DNA of 41,540 nt from Leptolyngbyaceae cyanobacterium (GCA_050331235.1 JBHJHA010000082.1:1-41540), one strand, 5' to 3'; shown: positions 18,360 through 29,654, counted from the first letter of the stretch. A program made the numbers and translations. Notes: generated from the sequence alone by a model not told the origin.

Positions 18360-19619
18360 TCAGCCGAGGGCTTCGAGATAGTCTCGTACACGGTTGCGTC
18401 GCTTAGGCTGGCGAAGTTTTTGCAACGCTTTTGACTCAATTTGCCGCACCCGCTCTCGAGAAAGCTCCAGGGTGCGACCGATTTCCGCTAGAGAATAGGG
18501 CGTGCCGTCCTTGAGACCAAAGCGCAGGTGAATCACGTCACGCTCCCGCTCAGTCAGTTCCGACATGAGCTGCTTGAGGTCACGGCGCAGCGATTCCCGC
18601 ATCATCAGCTCTTCCGGAGAAATGCTATCAGTTTCTAACAGTTCTCCCAGCTCAGTGTCGCGCTCTTTGCCCACCTTCGTATCGAGGGATACGGAGCGGG
18701 GCACCCGCACCAAGACTTCTCTGACTTGGTCAGGCGTCATTTGCAGTTCTTTAGCGACATCATCCAGACTAGGCGTGTGGCCCTTGTCTTGGGAAAGTTT
18801 GCGCTGTGCTTTTTTGATTTTGTTGAGCTTTTCCGTAATGTGAACCGGGAGTCGAATGGTGCGGCTCTGGGTAGCGATCGCCCGGGTGATCCCCTGACGG
18901 ATCCACCAGTACGCGTAGGTACTAAAGCGGTAGCCCTTAGTGGGGTCAAACTTTTCTACCGCCCGCTCGAGTCCTAGGGTGCCCTCCTGAATCAGGTCCA
19001 GCAGCTCTAACCCTCGGTTTTGATACTTCTTAGCAACTGAAACCACCAGGCGAAGGTTGGCCTTGATCATGTGTTCTTTAGCCCGAAGACCTTCGGCAAT
19101 GAGCTGTTCGAGTTCTTCTGTGGTGACATCCGCTAACTCAGCCCAGGCTCGCTTGCCAGCTACCAGGGTCGGCTTCAAATCAACCAGTACAATGCCGCTT
19201 TCCTTAGCCCAGCGCTCCAGCGATGGACGATATCCCAAATGGGAAGTCAAGCGATCGCGCACCTGCATCAAGTGTGCATAGGTTTCCAAGATGCCACCAC
19301 TTTGCTCACCGGTGCTGTCCCGCAACTCAATGAGTTCCATATAGCGCTGCACGTATTGGGCTTCAGACACCTCTTCATCGCGCTGTAGCAGCCGCACTCG
19401 ACCAATCTCTTGCAAATACAGGCGCACTAAATCGGTCGTCCGCCGAGTTTTGGTCTGACTCACGCCAACGGTGACGCCAGCAATGAGGTCGTCGTCATCC
19501 GACGACACCAAATCTGAGTCTTCCGGAGGGGCAACCTCATTCAGATCTTTATCATCCTCAAAGTCAGTGTCAGTCAAAACCTTGTTTTCGGTATCCAGTT
19601 GGCTGGTGGTGTAAGTCAT
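18360..19619 (-). CDS. sigC: Group 2 sigma-70 factor, SigC-like
   Basis: TDLVRLYLQEIGRVRLL.RDEEVSEAQ, ANLRLVVSVAKKYQNRG, RFSTYAYWWIRQ and LQKLRQPKRRNRVRDYLE motifs. Confidence 0.88.
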   Translation of the reverse strand: MTYTTSQLDTENKVLTDTDFEDDKDLNEVAPPEDSDLVSSDDDDLIAGVTVGVSQTKTRRTTDLVRLYLQEIGRVRLLQRDEEVSEAQYVQRYMELIELRDSTGEQSGGILETYAHLMQVRDRLTSHLGYRPSLERWAKESGIVLVDLKPTLVAGKRAWAELADVTTEELEQLIAEGLRAKEHMIKANLRLVVSVAKKYQNRGLELLDLIQEGTLGLERAVEKFDPTKGYRFSTYAYWWIRQGITRAIATQSRTIRLPVHITEKLNKIKKAQRKLSQDKGHTPSLDDVAKELQMTPDQVREVLVRVPRSVSLDTKVGKERDTELGELLETDSISPEELMMRESLRRDLKQLMSELTERERDVIHLRFGLKDGTPYSLAEIGRTLELSRERVRQIESKALQKLRQPKRRNRVRDYLEALG

Positions 19620-19815
19620 AGGACGTATGAAGTATTTCCAGGGTGACGTGACAAGGTGGATTCACTTATGGGCTTAGCATGCCCACTTGCCACGACTTCG
19701 CATCAGAGTGATAGGTTCCGTAAAAACCGTCACACTGACCCCAGAGAGGACAAAGTAGGGCTAAACTTCAGTCTAGGGAAGGATGTCGGTTCGTTATGTG
19801 ACCCACATCAGAGCA

Positions 19816-19829
19816 GTAGGTTAATCTAC
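19816..19829. promoter_or_regulatory. Possible NtcA site upstream of sigC
   Basis: GTA-GGTTAATC-TAC matches GTA-N8-TAC; no canonical -10 box found at the usual spacing. Confidence 0.3.
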
Positions 19830-20203
19830 GTCACGCGATCGCGAGATTCCAGATAGACTGCACAATCGTTAGGCAGGTTTTACATTTGACAGGGGATGTC
19901 GGTCTCCCTGCGGATTTTCTCTATCCAAACGGTTTTCTGGGCGCGTCAAATGGAGCGATTGCGATCGCTGGCCCCGACTAATTCGGGCAATGCCTCGCTT
20001 ATCCACCGATGCGATCGCTCTTCCCCTCAATTCCTTTACTGGCGGTAGGGCAAGAGACCTGCATCGACTCGCCTTCTCCCAAATTGGTGAGTACGAGTGA
20101 GGGATGAAGGGCATGCGATGAGTGGGGTCTACGAACGCCATTCGGTAGCCAGGATGTAGATATCCCGTCACCATAGTTGAAGGACACCCATCCTCAAAAA
20201 CGC

Positions 20204-20968
20204 ATGACCACAGCAACCCCATCACCACGCCGGGCTCTAGTTGTAGGAGCCAACCAAGGCATTGGCTTTGGTTTTGTGAAACAACTACTACGAGACCCTA
20301 GCATTAGCAACTTGTACGCGACCTATCGCTCGTCGACGACAAGTTCAGAGCTGCTGGATTTAGCGACACAACACGAGCAGCTACATTGCCTACCCTTAGA
20401 AGCCACCAGCGAAGGAGAGATTGCCCGTATTGCGGCAAAAATCCAGGGCCATGGCAGTGGTCTTGACCTCGCGGTTAATTGCGTCGGTATTTTGCACCAT
20501 GGCGACCTCCAGCCCGAGAAAAGCCTGAGGCAAATTGATGCGGATCAGCTCTTGACATACTTTCAAATCAACAGCATTCCAGCTATTTTGCTAGCCAAGC
20601 ATTTACAGCCCTTGCTCAAACAAGAGACCCCCACCGTATTTGCCCATCTCTCAGCCAAAATCGGCAGCATCGAAGACAACCACTTGGGCGGCTGGTACGG
20701 TTATCGGGCTTCAAAAGCTGCCCTCAATATGTTTCTCAAAACGGCTGCGATCGAATATAGCCGCAAAAATCCCAATACCATCATCGTGGCTCTACATCCT
20801 GGAACAACTGACACGCGCCTCTCAGAGCCATTTCAACGCAACGTCCCCCCAGAAAAATTGTTCTCAGTTGAGCGCACGGTCGCTCAGCTATTAAAGATTA
20901 TCCACAACTTAACCCCGGCTGATAACGGCACGTTTTTTTCTTGGGACGGCAGTCGCCTGCCCTGGTAA
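20204..20968 (+). CDS. SDR oxidoreductase (C-factor/CsgA-like)
   Basis: VVGANQGIG, SAKIGSIEDN, GGWYGYRASKAALN and LHPGTTDT motifs. Confidence 0.9.
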   Translation: MTTATPSPRRALVVGANQGIGFGFVKQLLRDPSISNLYATYRSSTTSSELLDLATQHEQLHCLPLEATSEGEIARIAAKIQGHGSGLDLAVNCVGILHHGDLQPEKSLRQIDADQLLTYFQINSIPAILLAKHLQPLLKQETPTVFAHLSAKIGSIEDNHLGGWYGYRASKAALNMFLKTAAIEYSRKNPNTIIVALHPGTTDTRLSEPFQRNVPPEKLFSVERTVAQLLKIIHNLTPADNGTFFSWDGSRLPW

Positions 20969-21272
20969 GCCGCACCGGGTCAGCCTGCAAACCGGATCAA
21001 CTGCGGCGCCCCCTTGCGCTCAAGCAATGACAGCGCGCCACCCTTCAAAGTTGCGTGAGATCACAGACATATTTGGCGTTAATCACCAACAAAACTTGGG
21101 CAATCTGACACCATCAAGACCATTGAGAACTTGTGCAACCCGTCTCCTAGCCAACGCACTTGCTCGCTGCAGGGTCACACTCTCTCCCTTTTCTCTTAGC
21201 AAACAGACAGCACACTTAGAACCCTGGCAGACTGCTGGGGTTTTTCTTTGCTTGCATGTATCAAGGCGGTAA

Positions 21273-21638
21273 TTACTGCATCGGGCTCGCAAACAAGTGA
21301 GCACTCGTTAACCGGCTACGGGTCATATGGGCGCCTAGCAGATCACTGCGACGGAGGCGACTCGCGGTTTGTGCGTCGAATTCCAAATATGTTCCCGCAG
21401 GGAGCTCAGACAGCCTTGGCACCGTTTCCGAAAGGGCAGGCTGCGAGATCATTTCGCTCTCCAAGGCGGCTGGTGAGAGCAGATCGGCAGCGGCTGCCTG
21501 TTGCAATGAGTCCAGGCTGACCGCGATCGCAAACAACAATAGTCCAATTAACAAGACAGCTCTGACTGAGAGCTTTGCCCAGAACGGCTTCCATCTGAAA
21601 GCTGAAGAATCGGTATCGTAGGCTGATGAGCGATCCAT
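21273..21638 (-). CDS. Hypothetical protein with one TM/signal segment
   Basis: ATG at 21638; hydrophobic VRAVLLIGLLLFAIAVSL; no recognised domain. Confidence 0.45.
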   Translation of the reverse strand: MDRSSAYDTDSSAFRWKPFWAKLSVRAVLLIGLLLFAIAVSLDSLQQAAAADLLSPAALESEMISQPALSETVPRLSELPAGTYLEFDAQTASRLRRSDLLGAHMTRSRLTSAHLFASPMQ

Positions 21639-21904
21639 ATCAACGCGGTTGCTGCTGCAAACAATCCTCTGAAGGAGGTAAATGTATCGCAGCCAACTTC
21701 TTAAATGTTTACATTGATACCATACCAGACTCTTCACTCATTACAGTTCAGGAAAAAGCATTAAGTTTGGGGAATCTTACTTTTCACAGAGGAAAATTGG
21801 GTAATTTGACCTGGCGATCGCTCTTTGCGCCTGAGGCAGCAGTGAGTGTAAGGCAATGGCGTTCTCTAAACCTGAGTTCGATCGGCGATCGCAGTTGAAC
21901 AGCA

Positions 21905-22657
21905 TCAAGGCGCAAGGGGAAATTTAGCTGGAATGCCGACCGCCCGAGGGAATTCATCTGTAGTGACAGCACGCTTTTGCACGTACAGACAGTGACGGAC
22001 ACCTTGGGTGAGGGGAGTTTGCCAAGCTTTTACGTCAACTAGGTGTCCCCCTAGCTGGTCCGCTATCGCGTCGAGTTCAAGGGATTCCGACTCAGTCCAC
22101 TGACCTCGATAGAGCACGGCAACGCCGCCCACTTTGAGCAGCGGTAGAGCATATTCGACGCAGGTAGCGGCAGGCCCGACAGCACGCAGCATAGCGATAT
22201 CGTAGAGTTCGCGATGGCTGGGCTGATGCGCCAAAAACTCAGCCCGATCTGCGATCGCTGTCACTTGATCCAGCGACAGCGATGTGGACAATGCTTGCAA
22301 AAACCGCACCTTTTTTTGAGTAGAGTCCAGTAGGTTAATCTGCCAATTAGGGAGGGCGATCGCCGCAGGCAAACCGGGAATGCCTGCGCCCGTGCCGATA
22401 TCAATAGTCTTTGGTAACGCTGGCGTGGAACACCAAGCAGGCAAGTCAGAAACGAGCCATGGCTCAAGCCCACTTAGGGCATCCCAAAGATGCTTTTCCC
22501 AAAATTCATCAGGGGTCGTGATGCGGGTCAGATTCATTTGTTGGTTGCCGGCCAAGATACCCTCAAAGAGCCGTTGAAAAAGTGCCTGCTGGGCTGCATC
22601 CGGCTGCCACTGAAGTGTCGCTTGCCAATATTGATCATGGGTTGGCAGCACAGGCAT
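21905..22657 (-). CDS. rsmG: 16S rRNA m7G527 methyltransferase
   Basis: MNLTRIT, KHLWDAL, IDIGTGAGIPG, LLDSTQKK, RAE and FPRAVGIP motifs. Confidence 0.95.
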   Translation of the reverse strand: MPVLPTHDQYWQATLQWQPDAAQQALFQRLFEGILAGNQQMNLTRITTPDEFWEKHLWDALSGLEPWLVSDLPAWCSTPALPKTIDIGTGAGIPGLPAAIALPNWQINLLDSTQKKVRFLQALSTSLSLDQVTAIADRAEFLAHQPSHRELYDIAMLRAVGPAATCVEYALPLLKVGGVAVLYRGQWTESESLELDAIADQLGGHLVDVKAWQTPLTQGVRHCLYVQKRAVTTDEFPRAVGIPAKFPLAP

Positions 22658-22917
22658 AGGGCAAACAAACATTGAGGACAGGCAGACCGGCGTCATCTGG
22701 GCGGAGGCCAGGCTACAGAGTACACCAAAACGATTTTGATCAGGCAAACGCGCCCCCTCAAAAGTCATCAACACAGGGACCGGCCTGCAACTCAGTGAGT
22801 TGCAGAAGACTAACGACAGGCTCTGCCAGAATGGTACAATTGAACCTGTCCTTGATTGTCCATTCGCCTCTATAAGGCGATAAACTCTAATTCTGTGCGA
22901 TCGTCGTCGCCCGACCT

Positions 22918-23682
22918 ATGACAGAAATTAATCAGCAACTAACCTTGTTTGATTTAAATGAGCATCACCCCCCCCTGCCGAAATATCAGGTCCGTGAAAG
23001 TCATCGGGCTCGTCACGTATCGCTGAAAATTTCCTTTCAAGGGACATTGGAGGTCGTTGTTCCCCATGGCTTTGACGCCGAGGAAATCCCCGAGATTTTA
23101 GAGCGGCGGCGCGGGTGGATTACCAAAACCCTCAAGCGGATTGAAAAGCAGCGGGATGCTTTGCCCCGAGCCCACACTGCAGAAAAACCAACGACGCTGG
23201 AACTAAGAGCTTGCGATGAAGTTTGGGCGATTGTCTATAAGGCAGCACGAGGTGGCACCGTGGCTCTAACCCAGAGCAAGCCTCAAGAGTTGATGCTGCG
23301 AGGACCGATCAACGATATTTCGGCCTGTAGTGACCTCCTACGGCATTGGGTTCAGCGCAAAGCACGGGCAGAGTTATCGCCTTGGTTACAGCGGCTAAGT
23401 CAGCGCTGTGACTTGGCCTACAGCCGTCTCACGGTGCGAGGACAGAGCACTCGCTGGGGTAGCTGCTCCTCAAAACAGTCCATCAGCTTGAACTATAAGC
23501 TGCTATTTTTGCCTCCCGCTCTAGTAGATTATGTGCTGGTCCATGAACTTTGTCATACCGTTCACATGAATCATTCCAAAGCCTTTTGGCAATTGGTGAA
23601 GGAATACTACCCTGACCTAGAACAGGCCAAGCTCGATCTCAAACAGGGATGGCAATACGTGCCCCACTGGGTAGATGGCTAA
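22918..23682 (+). CDS. M48/YgjP-family metalloprotein
   Basis: QSTRWGSCS, YVLVHELCH and MNHSKAFW motifs. Confidence 0.88.
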   Translation: MTEINQQLTLFDLNEHHPPLPKYQVRESHRARHVSLKISFQGTLEVVVPHGFDAEEIPEILERRRGWITKTLKRIEKQRDALPRAHTAEKPTTLELRACDEVWAIVYKAARGGTVALTQSKPQELMLRGPINDISACSDLLRHWVQRKARAELSPWLQRLSQRCDLAYSRLTVRGQSTRWGSCSSKQSISLNYKLLFLPPALVDYVLVHELCHTVHMNHSKAFWQLVKEYYPDLEQAKLDLKQGWQYVPHWVDG

Positions 23683-24775
23683 CTTCTTCTGGACGCCCCA
23701 TAGTGGCTACCACTGGGACGGTACGGCAAACCGCTTCTTTGAAGGCTGGTACATTCGTTTGACTTTGCCCAAGCAGCATGAGAGCTTTGCCTTTATGTAT
23801 TCCATCGATGATCCAGCGGGGCAGTCGCCGCTGAGCGGTGGTGCGGCTCAGGTGCTAGGTCCTGGGGAAGCGTATCTGTATTCTCCTTTTGCAACAGTTG
23901 ACCGATTTTGGGCATGGCCCCATCGATTAGGGGTTGGTCACTGGAATAATTGCTGTGGCAACCATCGGCAGGCCTGCTATCTAGAAGCGTCGACATTTGC
24001 CCGCGAGGTCGATCGCGGTTATCAGCTCACGGCTACCCATCATCAAGGTTGTGTCGAAGACCCCCATACTGGTGCAATCGCCCGATGGAATTACGACATT
24101 CAACCAGTCTACGGTTGGGGAGACATGGTCGGTCCGCAGTTATCAACGGCGGGCTGGTTGTCCTATCTATCAATTTTAGAGCCCGGGTGGCAGGTGTTAA
24201 TGGCCCACGGCTGGGCTTCCGGTTGGGCTGAATGGGGCGATCGACGGTATGAATTTCAACAAGCACCGACCTACATCGAAAAAAACTGGGGCGGGGCGTT
24301 TCCTCAGCGCTGGTTTTGGCTGCAGGCAAACGCCTTTGATGAAGAAACAGATTTGACGGTCACTGCGGTGGGCGGCTTACGGCAAGTTTTAGGCCGCTCG
24401 GAAAGTGTCGGTTTGATTGGTATTCACTTACGTGGTCAGCAGATCGTTATACCGTCGCTTACGGCCACCGTGGCTTGGCAGGTGGAAACGTGGGGCAGTT
24501 GGCAGGTGACGGCCTACGACCATCGCTACCGCCTCGTATTGCAAGGCACTGCCGAATCTCCCCCCGCCGAGGTTAGGGTACCCACCTTAACCGGTTTGGA
24601 GTTTGCCTGTTGGGATACGGCCCGTGGCCACCTCACAGTGGAAATCTACAAGCGATCGCCAAGTCACTCGGCCACTGAGAGCCAGATTCTCAAAGCAACC
24701 ACCTCACTCGCAGCTCTTGAAGTCGGTGGAGATGGCTGGGATGAGCCGTGGCAGTTCGAACGAACGTTGATTTAA
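23675..24775 (+). CDS. Tocopherol cyclase
   Basis: TPHSGYHWDG...FFEGWY, FAFMYSIDDP, EPGWQVLMAHG, EKNWGGAFP and LEVGG motifs. Confidence 0.92.
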   Translation: MANFFWTPHSGYHWDGTANRFFEGWYIRLTLPKQHESFAFMYSIDDPAGQSPLSGGAAQVLGPGEAYLYSPFATVDRFWAWPHRLGVGHWNNCCGNHRQACYLEASTFAREVDRGYQLTATHHQGCVEDPHTGAIARWNYDIQPVYGWGDMVGPQLSTAGWLSYLSILEPGWQVLMAHGWASGWAEWGDRRYEFQQAPTYIEKNWGGAFPQRWFWLQANAFDEETDLTVTAVGGLRQVLGRSESVGLIGIHLRGQQIVIPSLTATVAWQVETWGSWQVTAYDHRYRLVLQGTAESPPAEVRVPTLTGLEFACWDTARGHLTVEIYKRSPSHSATESQILKATTSLAALEVGGDGWDEPWQFERTLI

Positions 24776-24780
24776 GTAAA

Positions 24781-24852
<72 letters not shown>

Positions 24853-24926
24853 ACGCGAAGCCTATCTTAACGAGAATTTGTCACCTTTGGCAACCAGTCT
24901 GACAAATTTTCTGTGGAAACTCCTTA

Positions 24927-25508
24927 CTAGGAGGGCTCGGAGCTCGCATCAGGGCGCTGTTCGAGCTGTTGCCGTAGGTCTCGGAGCTGATCATGCACGC
25001 CCGGTTTGAGCACCGTACTGAGTCGACGTGAGGGAGTTCCTTTGTCTTTAGACCGATGCCGCTTACGCCCCTGCTGAACCGTATCAGTCAAATCGCGGGC
25101 TAGCCGCTGGGCTGACATCCACTCAGCGCCGTAACCCGTCACGGTGTGGCGATGGGCCTGATCAGAGGTAGCCACAATCAACCGTAAGTTGAAATATTGC
25201 ACGTCTTTTCGCAACTCAGCACACCACCTTTCGATACAGGTATCTGCGGTTTGGCCGTAGTCGGTGAAATGGATGGATACATCATCGGTGACTTTTTCCT
25301 GTAGGCTCGGCTGACGCTGACCGTAAGCGTCAAACACGATGCGAGTCTTGAATCCTTGGTAAGCACTGTAGTTAGTCAACTCTTCAATGAGTTGGTTGCG
25401 CGCCAAGGCTAAACTCTCGCGATCGCGGAGACGAGCAAGTTGGGGCCAGGCACCAATGATGTTGTAACCGTCTACTAGGAGCAGCGGCGGCGGTACAGAG
25501 GATTTCAT
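24927..25508 (-). CDS. NYN-domain (YacP/Rae1-like) ribonuclease
   Basis: LLVDGYNIIG, IVFDA, QTADTCIE and VATSD motifs. Confidence 0.9.
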   Translation of the reverse strand: MKSSVPPPLLLVDGYNIIGAWPQLARLRDRESLALARNQLIEELTNYSAYQGFKTRIVFDAYGQRQPSLQEKVTDDVSIHFTDYGQTADTCIERWCAELRKDVQYFNLRLIVATSDQAHRHTVTGYGAEWMSAQRLARDLTDTVQQGRKRHRSKDKGTPSRRLSTVLKPGVHDQLRDLRQQLEQRPDASSEPS

Positions 25509-25635
25509 GACACTAAGACATCGGTGCTCTTTGTTAAGAACTTTGTAGTATCAAGTTAGCCTATTTTGCCCAAAGCTTCCGTCTAAGCGGAGACCAAACT
25601 CCCCAACGTTGAATATTGAGGCGTTGCTGCGGCGT

Positions 25636-26319
25636 CTATTGTTCCAACACTAATCGCATCTCACCAGGGTTACCTTGGGCCACAACGCTACCATCTCTGA
25701 GCAGTACTGCACGATCACAGTAGTCGAGCTCAATCAGTCGGTGGGTTATCCATAGGGCGGTCAAACGTCGTTCTTTAACTAATGTTCGTACCAGCTTCAC
25801 CAGCTCCAGCTGACTGTCGGGATCTAACAAGGCCGTGGGCTCGTCCAGCAGCAGCACCTCACAATGGCGGGCGATCGCTCCGGCGATCGCCACTCGCTGC
25901 TTTTGCCCGCCACTCAGAGCATAAATGGGGCGTCGGACCAAATGGGCCAGATTAACGGCTGCTAATGCTTCGGATACACGGCTGCGCACCGTGGGCAACG
26001 GTAAATTTTCGGCCACCAAACCAAAAGCCACATCAGCACCAACCGTCGGCATGACTAACTGATGATCAGGATTTTGAAACACATAGCCAAACGTGCCGTT
26101 GATACTAACGTCTCCTCCTTGTGGTGTGAGCAGCCCCGTCAAAAGCTTTAGCAAGGTCGACTTGCCGCTGCCATTGTCACCTAGCAGCATGCAAAACTCT
26201 CCTGGCTGCACCGCCAAAGAACAGCCCTGTAACACCTGAGCCTGAGGGCTCCAGGCAAAGGAAACGTCCGCAATGTGAATGGCTGGCTTAGCCTCAGTCC
26301 TAGGAGCAGAATTGGCCAT
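25636..26319 (-). CDS. ECF transporter ATP-binding protein (EcfA/CbiO-like)
   Basis: GDNGSGKST, VFQNPDHQLVMPTV, LSGGQKQRVAIAG and LDEPTALLD motifs. Confidence 0.92.
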   Translation of the reverse strand: MANSAPRTEAKPAIHIADVSFAWSPQAQVLQGCSLAVQPGEFCMLLGDNGSGKSTLLKLLTGLLTPQGGDVSINGTFGYVFQNPDHQLVMPTVGADVAFGLVAENLPLPTVRSRVSEALAAVNLAHLVRRPIYALSGGQKQRVAIAGAIARHCEVLLLDEPTALLDPDSQLELVKLVRTLVKERRLTALWITHRLIELDYCDRAVLLRDGSVVAQGNPGEMRLVLEQ

Positions 26320-26359
26320 AGTAAACCCTGTGAAACCGACCTAAGCTAGTGCGTGGCCG

Positions 26360-26641
26360 CTACTGATTATCTTCCCCTACCAAAGAGAAAAAGCCCGGCG
26401 GGCGACCGGAAGCCGAAGTTGTACCAGACTTTTCATACATTTGCACAGCAGCAATTTCACTCACTAGCAAGCTAATGTGCTTATCAGTGACCTGATCGCA
26501 GGTGAGTTCTAAAAGGGGCGTATCACCACTTTTGAGCGCGTCGGCAACCTTTTGATAGTCGGCTTGTGCCGCTTCCAGCGTCTCCTTTTGGAACATGATC
26601 GGTAGCGGCGAATGCTTCAGATTGATTTCGAGCGTATGCAT
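26360..26641 (-). CDS. Conserved cyanobacterial hypothetical protein (UPF0367-like)
   Basis: PLPIMFQKE, LLELTCD and C-terminal GRPPGFF motifs. Confidence 0.75.
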   Translation of the reverse strand: MHTLEINLKHSPLPIMFQKETLEAAQADYQKVADALKSGDTPLLELTCDQVTDKHISLLVSEIAAVQMYEKSGTTSASGRPPGFFSLVGEDNQ

Positions 26642-26955
26642 AGTTGTGGGTGCGTTTTACAAATTACCTATTTAGTATCTCAGAGAAGCCTTAGTCTCAG
26701 GCGTTAGTATTCTCCACACTCTATGATGGGGGCCGCTCAGCGAAAACCTTATGGCCTGGAGGCTCAACTTCAGCCCGGACGTCAGCAGCGATGTTGCTCA
26801 TCACGGCGGTCGCAACCTCAATGAGGCTATCAACGCCGCCTCTGCTAACGCCGCTACCCATGGACGGTAGCGAACGCGATTCATGGCGGCTGCAGCCAGG
26901 AGCAAGCTCTACAGCATCACATAATAGGTGGCAATGATTTAATAGGTAGACAACA

Positions 26956-27480
26956 ATGACGACTCCCCTTGTAGGCATCATTATGGGCAGCGATTCTGAC
27001 TTACCTACGATGCAAGCGGCGATCGCGATATGTGAAGATTTTGAAATTGCCCATGAGGTTGCGATTGTCTCTGCCCACCGGACCCCTGAGCGCATGATCG
27101 GCTATGCCAAACAAGCTGCCAACCGGGGACTTCAGATCATTATTGCGGGGGCTGGCGGGGCAGCCCATTTACCGGGCATGGTAGCGGCTCTCACACCGTT
27201 GCCCGTGATTGGTGTGCCGGTCAAGAGCAGCACCCTCAGCGGGGTTGATTCCCTCTATTCCATTGTGCAAATGCCTGGCGGCATTCCTGTAGCAACGGTG
27301 GCGATCGGCAACGCCATAAATGCCTGACTCTTAGCCGTACAGATGCTTGCCACAACCCGACCTGAACTCATGGAGCGTGTTCGGGCTTATCGCCAGATGC
27401 TTGAGGGCCAAGTCATGGAAAAACAAGACCGATTAACGACGCTGGGCTTCCGAGCATACCTGGAGGATAGCGATCGCTAA
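26956..27480 (+). pseudogene. purE: N5-CAIR mutase PurE with in-frame TGA at 27325-27327 (true nonsense or sequence error)
   Basis: [27 protein letters not shown] and [14 protein letters not shown]; frame continues NAINA*LLAVQMLA...GFRAYLEDSDR to TAA at 27480. Confidence 0.9.
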
Positions 27481-27833
27481 AATTGCTCAATGACCTGACC
27501 AGCAGCAGGCCAGACCAGCACAGCGCATTTAGTTTAGACGAGCTTTTAGTTGAACGACAGGGGAAGCAATTTTGCCCCAACTGGCTCAGATCATTTTTCA
27601 TACCGTTTGACTTAAGCGACAGCCGTCAAACGGCCCCAAAATCGGCCCAGTTTATAGGCTAGTCCGACATCAAAGAAAACAAAAAGTATTGGTTTTCCAT
27701 CGTTGACACATCCTCCTCCTCAAAACGCTGAAACCCTCCATTAACGGGCACTTGAGGGCTTTTCAGAGACATGCATGATCACGAACCAAGGCCGCCTGTA
27801 ACCAATCCCTTGTACATCTGCGCTTTTAAAAAA

Positions 27834-27847
27834 GTAATTTGCGATAC
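27834..27847 (+). promoter_or_regulatory. NtcA-binding site upstream of amt
   Basis: GTA-ATTTGCGA-TAC with an A-run flank, ~260 bp before amt, a classic NtcA target. Confidence 0.65.
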
Positions 27848-28107
27848 AACTGATTGTTGTCAGAATTGGTGAAATCTTCTTACTCAAAGAGTTTGGCCAA
27901 GTAGCAGACTCGGCGGGTCGTCTACAGGGTAGAAGCCTCAAGCTTCTAACGTTTTGCAGAGACCTTATGTTGACTGTGATGCCACTCTCGGAGAAGTTTT
28001 CAGGGCTTCCTCCTAGTTTAATTTAGCGACAATTGAGCATTGTCGCTTGAGTTTCACGAAGAGGTTGTATTTGCTGTCTGATTTGTGTTGAAGGGACGTC
28101 TGTTGAA

Positions 28108-29571
28108 ATGTCTAGACTAGTTCTTCGAAAGAGTAATCGTTTCCGGAGGCAGCGTTCAGCTTCCTTCTGGAATTCGAACGTGCCTCCTATTTCTGAGGCA
28201 GTTCAGTCTTATTTTGGTCGTCGTGACGGCTGGAAGTGGGTTGCTTGTATCCCTCTCGCCTTGAGTATTCTAGCGGTTTGGGGTGTGGCTGCCTATGCGC
28301 AAGATGAAGCGTCTGCTGCCGATGTGCAGACCATCTTGGATAACATTTTTGTATTCCTGGCTGCCGTCCTCGTAATTTTCATGAATGCTGGCTTTGGCAT
28401 GCTGGAGACGGGCTTCTGCCGTCAAAAGAATGCGGTCAACATTCTCTCTAAGAACCTGATCGTGTTTGCCTTGGCGGTGCTTTCCTTCTGGGCCATTGGT
28501 TTCTCCTTGATGTTTGGAGGCGGCAACGGCTTCATTGGGGGTGGCGGCTGGTTCTTGACCGGTGCTCCTGATGCCTATGGTTTAGAAGAAGGAGCAGGCT
28601 TGACCATTGATACTTTCTTCTTATTCCAGTCTGCATTTGCAGCGACAGCGGCCACCATCGTATCTGGGGCAGTAGCTGAGCGGATTAAGTTTACCGACTT
28701 CTTGATCTTCAGTATTCTGCTAACCGGGATTTCTTATCCCATTACGGGTCACTGGGGCTGGAGCGGCAGTGGTTGGCTAGGGGCTGCTGGTTTCTCCGAT
28801 TTTGCTGGCTCCACGGTTGTCCACTCGGTTGGCGGTTGGGCTGCACTTATGGGTGCCGCCTTCCTCGGGCCTCGTATTGGTAAGTACCAAGATGGTCGCG
28901 TCAATGCTATCCCTGGGCACAACATGAGTATTGCCATGCTGGGCTGCTTGGTGCTGTGGATCGGCTGGTACGGCTTCAACCCTGGTTCTGAGCTTGCGGC
29001 CAGTACAGCGGTTCCCTTCATTGCGGTGACTACGACTCTTGCAGCAGCAGGTGGCGGTGTGGCAGCTACCTTTACTGCTTGGGCTCTCAATGGCAAGCCA
29101 GATCTATCCATGATCATCAACGGCATTTTGGCTGGCTTGGTTGGGATCACCGCTGGTTGCGCTGGTGTGAACTATATCAGCGCCATCATTATTGGTTTGA
29201 TCGCGGGTGTCATTGTTGTCTTTTCTGTAGGCTTCTTTGACAGCATCAAGATCGATGACCCGGTAGGTGCGATTTCGGTTCACCTCGTCTGCGGTATCTG
29301 GGGCACGTTAGCGGTCGGTCTGTTTGCTACCGAAGGTGGTCTGTTCTTTGCCGGTGGCTTTGCCCAGCTGGGGGCTCAGATTTTGGGCATCCTTAGCATT
29401 GGTCTGTTTACTGTCGTCTTTAGTACGATTGTGTGGATGGTATTGAAGGTGACGTTAGGTATCCGCGTCTCGCCCGAAGAGGAGATGAAAGGTCTGGATA
29501 TCGGTGAGCACGGTATGGAAGCCTACAGCGGTTTCTTGAAAGACACCAGTGACATGGGTGGTATTTCTTAA
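28108..29571 (+). CDS. amt: Ammonium transporter
   Basis: [45 protein letters not shown] and [11 protein letters not shown] motifs. Confidence 0.96.
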   Translation: MSRLVLRKSNRFRRQRSASFWNSNVPPISEAVQSYFGRRDGWKWVACIPLALSILAVWGVAAYAQDEASAADVQTILDNIFVFLAAVLVIFMNAGFGMLETGFCRQKNAVNILSKNLIVFALAVLSFWAIGFSLMFGGGNGFIGGGGWFLTGAPDAYGLEEGAGLTIDTFFLFQSAFAATAATIVSGAVAERIKFTDFLIFSILLTGISYPITGHWGWSGSGWLGAAGFSDFAGSTVVHSVGGWAALMGAAFLGPRIGKYQDGRVNAIPGHNMSIAMLGCLVLWIGWYGFNPGSELAASTAVPFIAVTTTLAAAGGGVAATFTAWALNGKPDLSMIINGILAGLVGITAGCAGVNYISAIIIGLIAGVIVVFSVGFFDSIKIDDPVGAISVHLVCGIWGTLAVGLFATEGGLFFAGGFAQLGAQILGILSIGLFTVVFSTIVWMVLKVTLGIRVSPEEEMKGLDIGEHGMEAYSGFLKDTSDMGGIS

Positions 29572-29627
29572 CCGTTAGAGCTATCAGTATTGGCAGCTAA
29601 AAGAACTGCTAATCAGTTGCTCTGGGT

Positions 29628-29654
29628 GGGGTCGGATATCTCCGACCCCTTTTT
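29628..29654 (+). terminator. amt intrinsic terminator
   Basis: GGGGTCGGA-TATC-TCCGACCCC followed by TTTTT. Confidence 0.8.
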
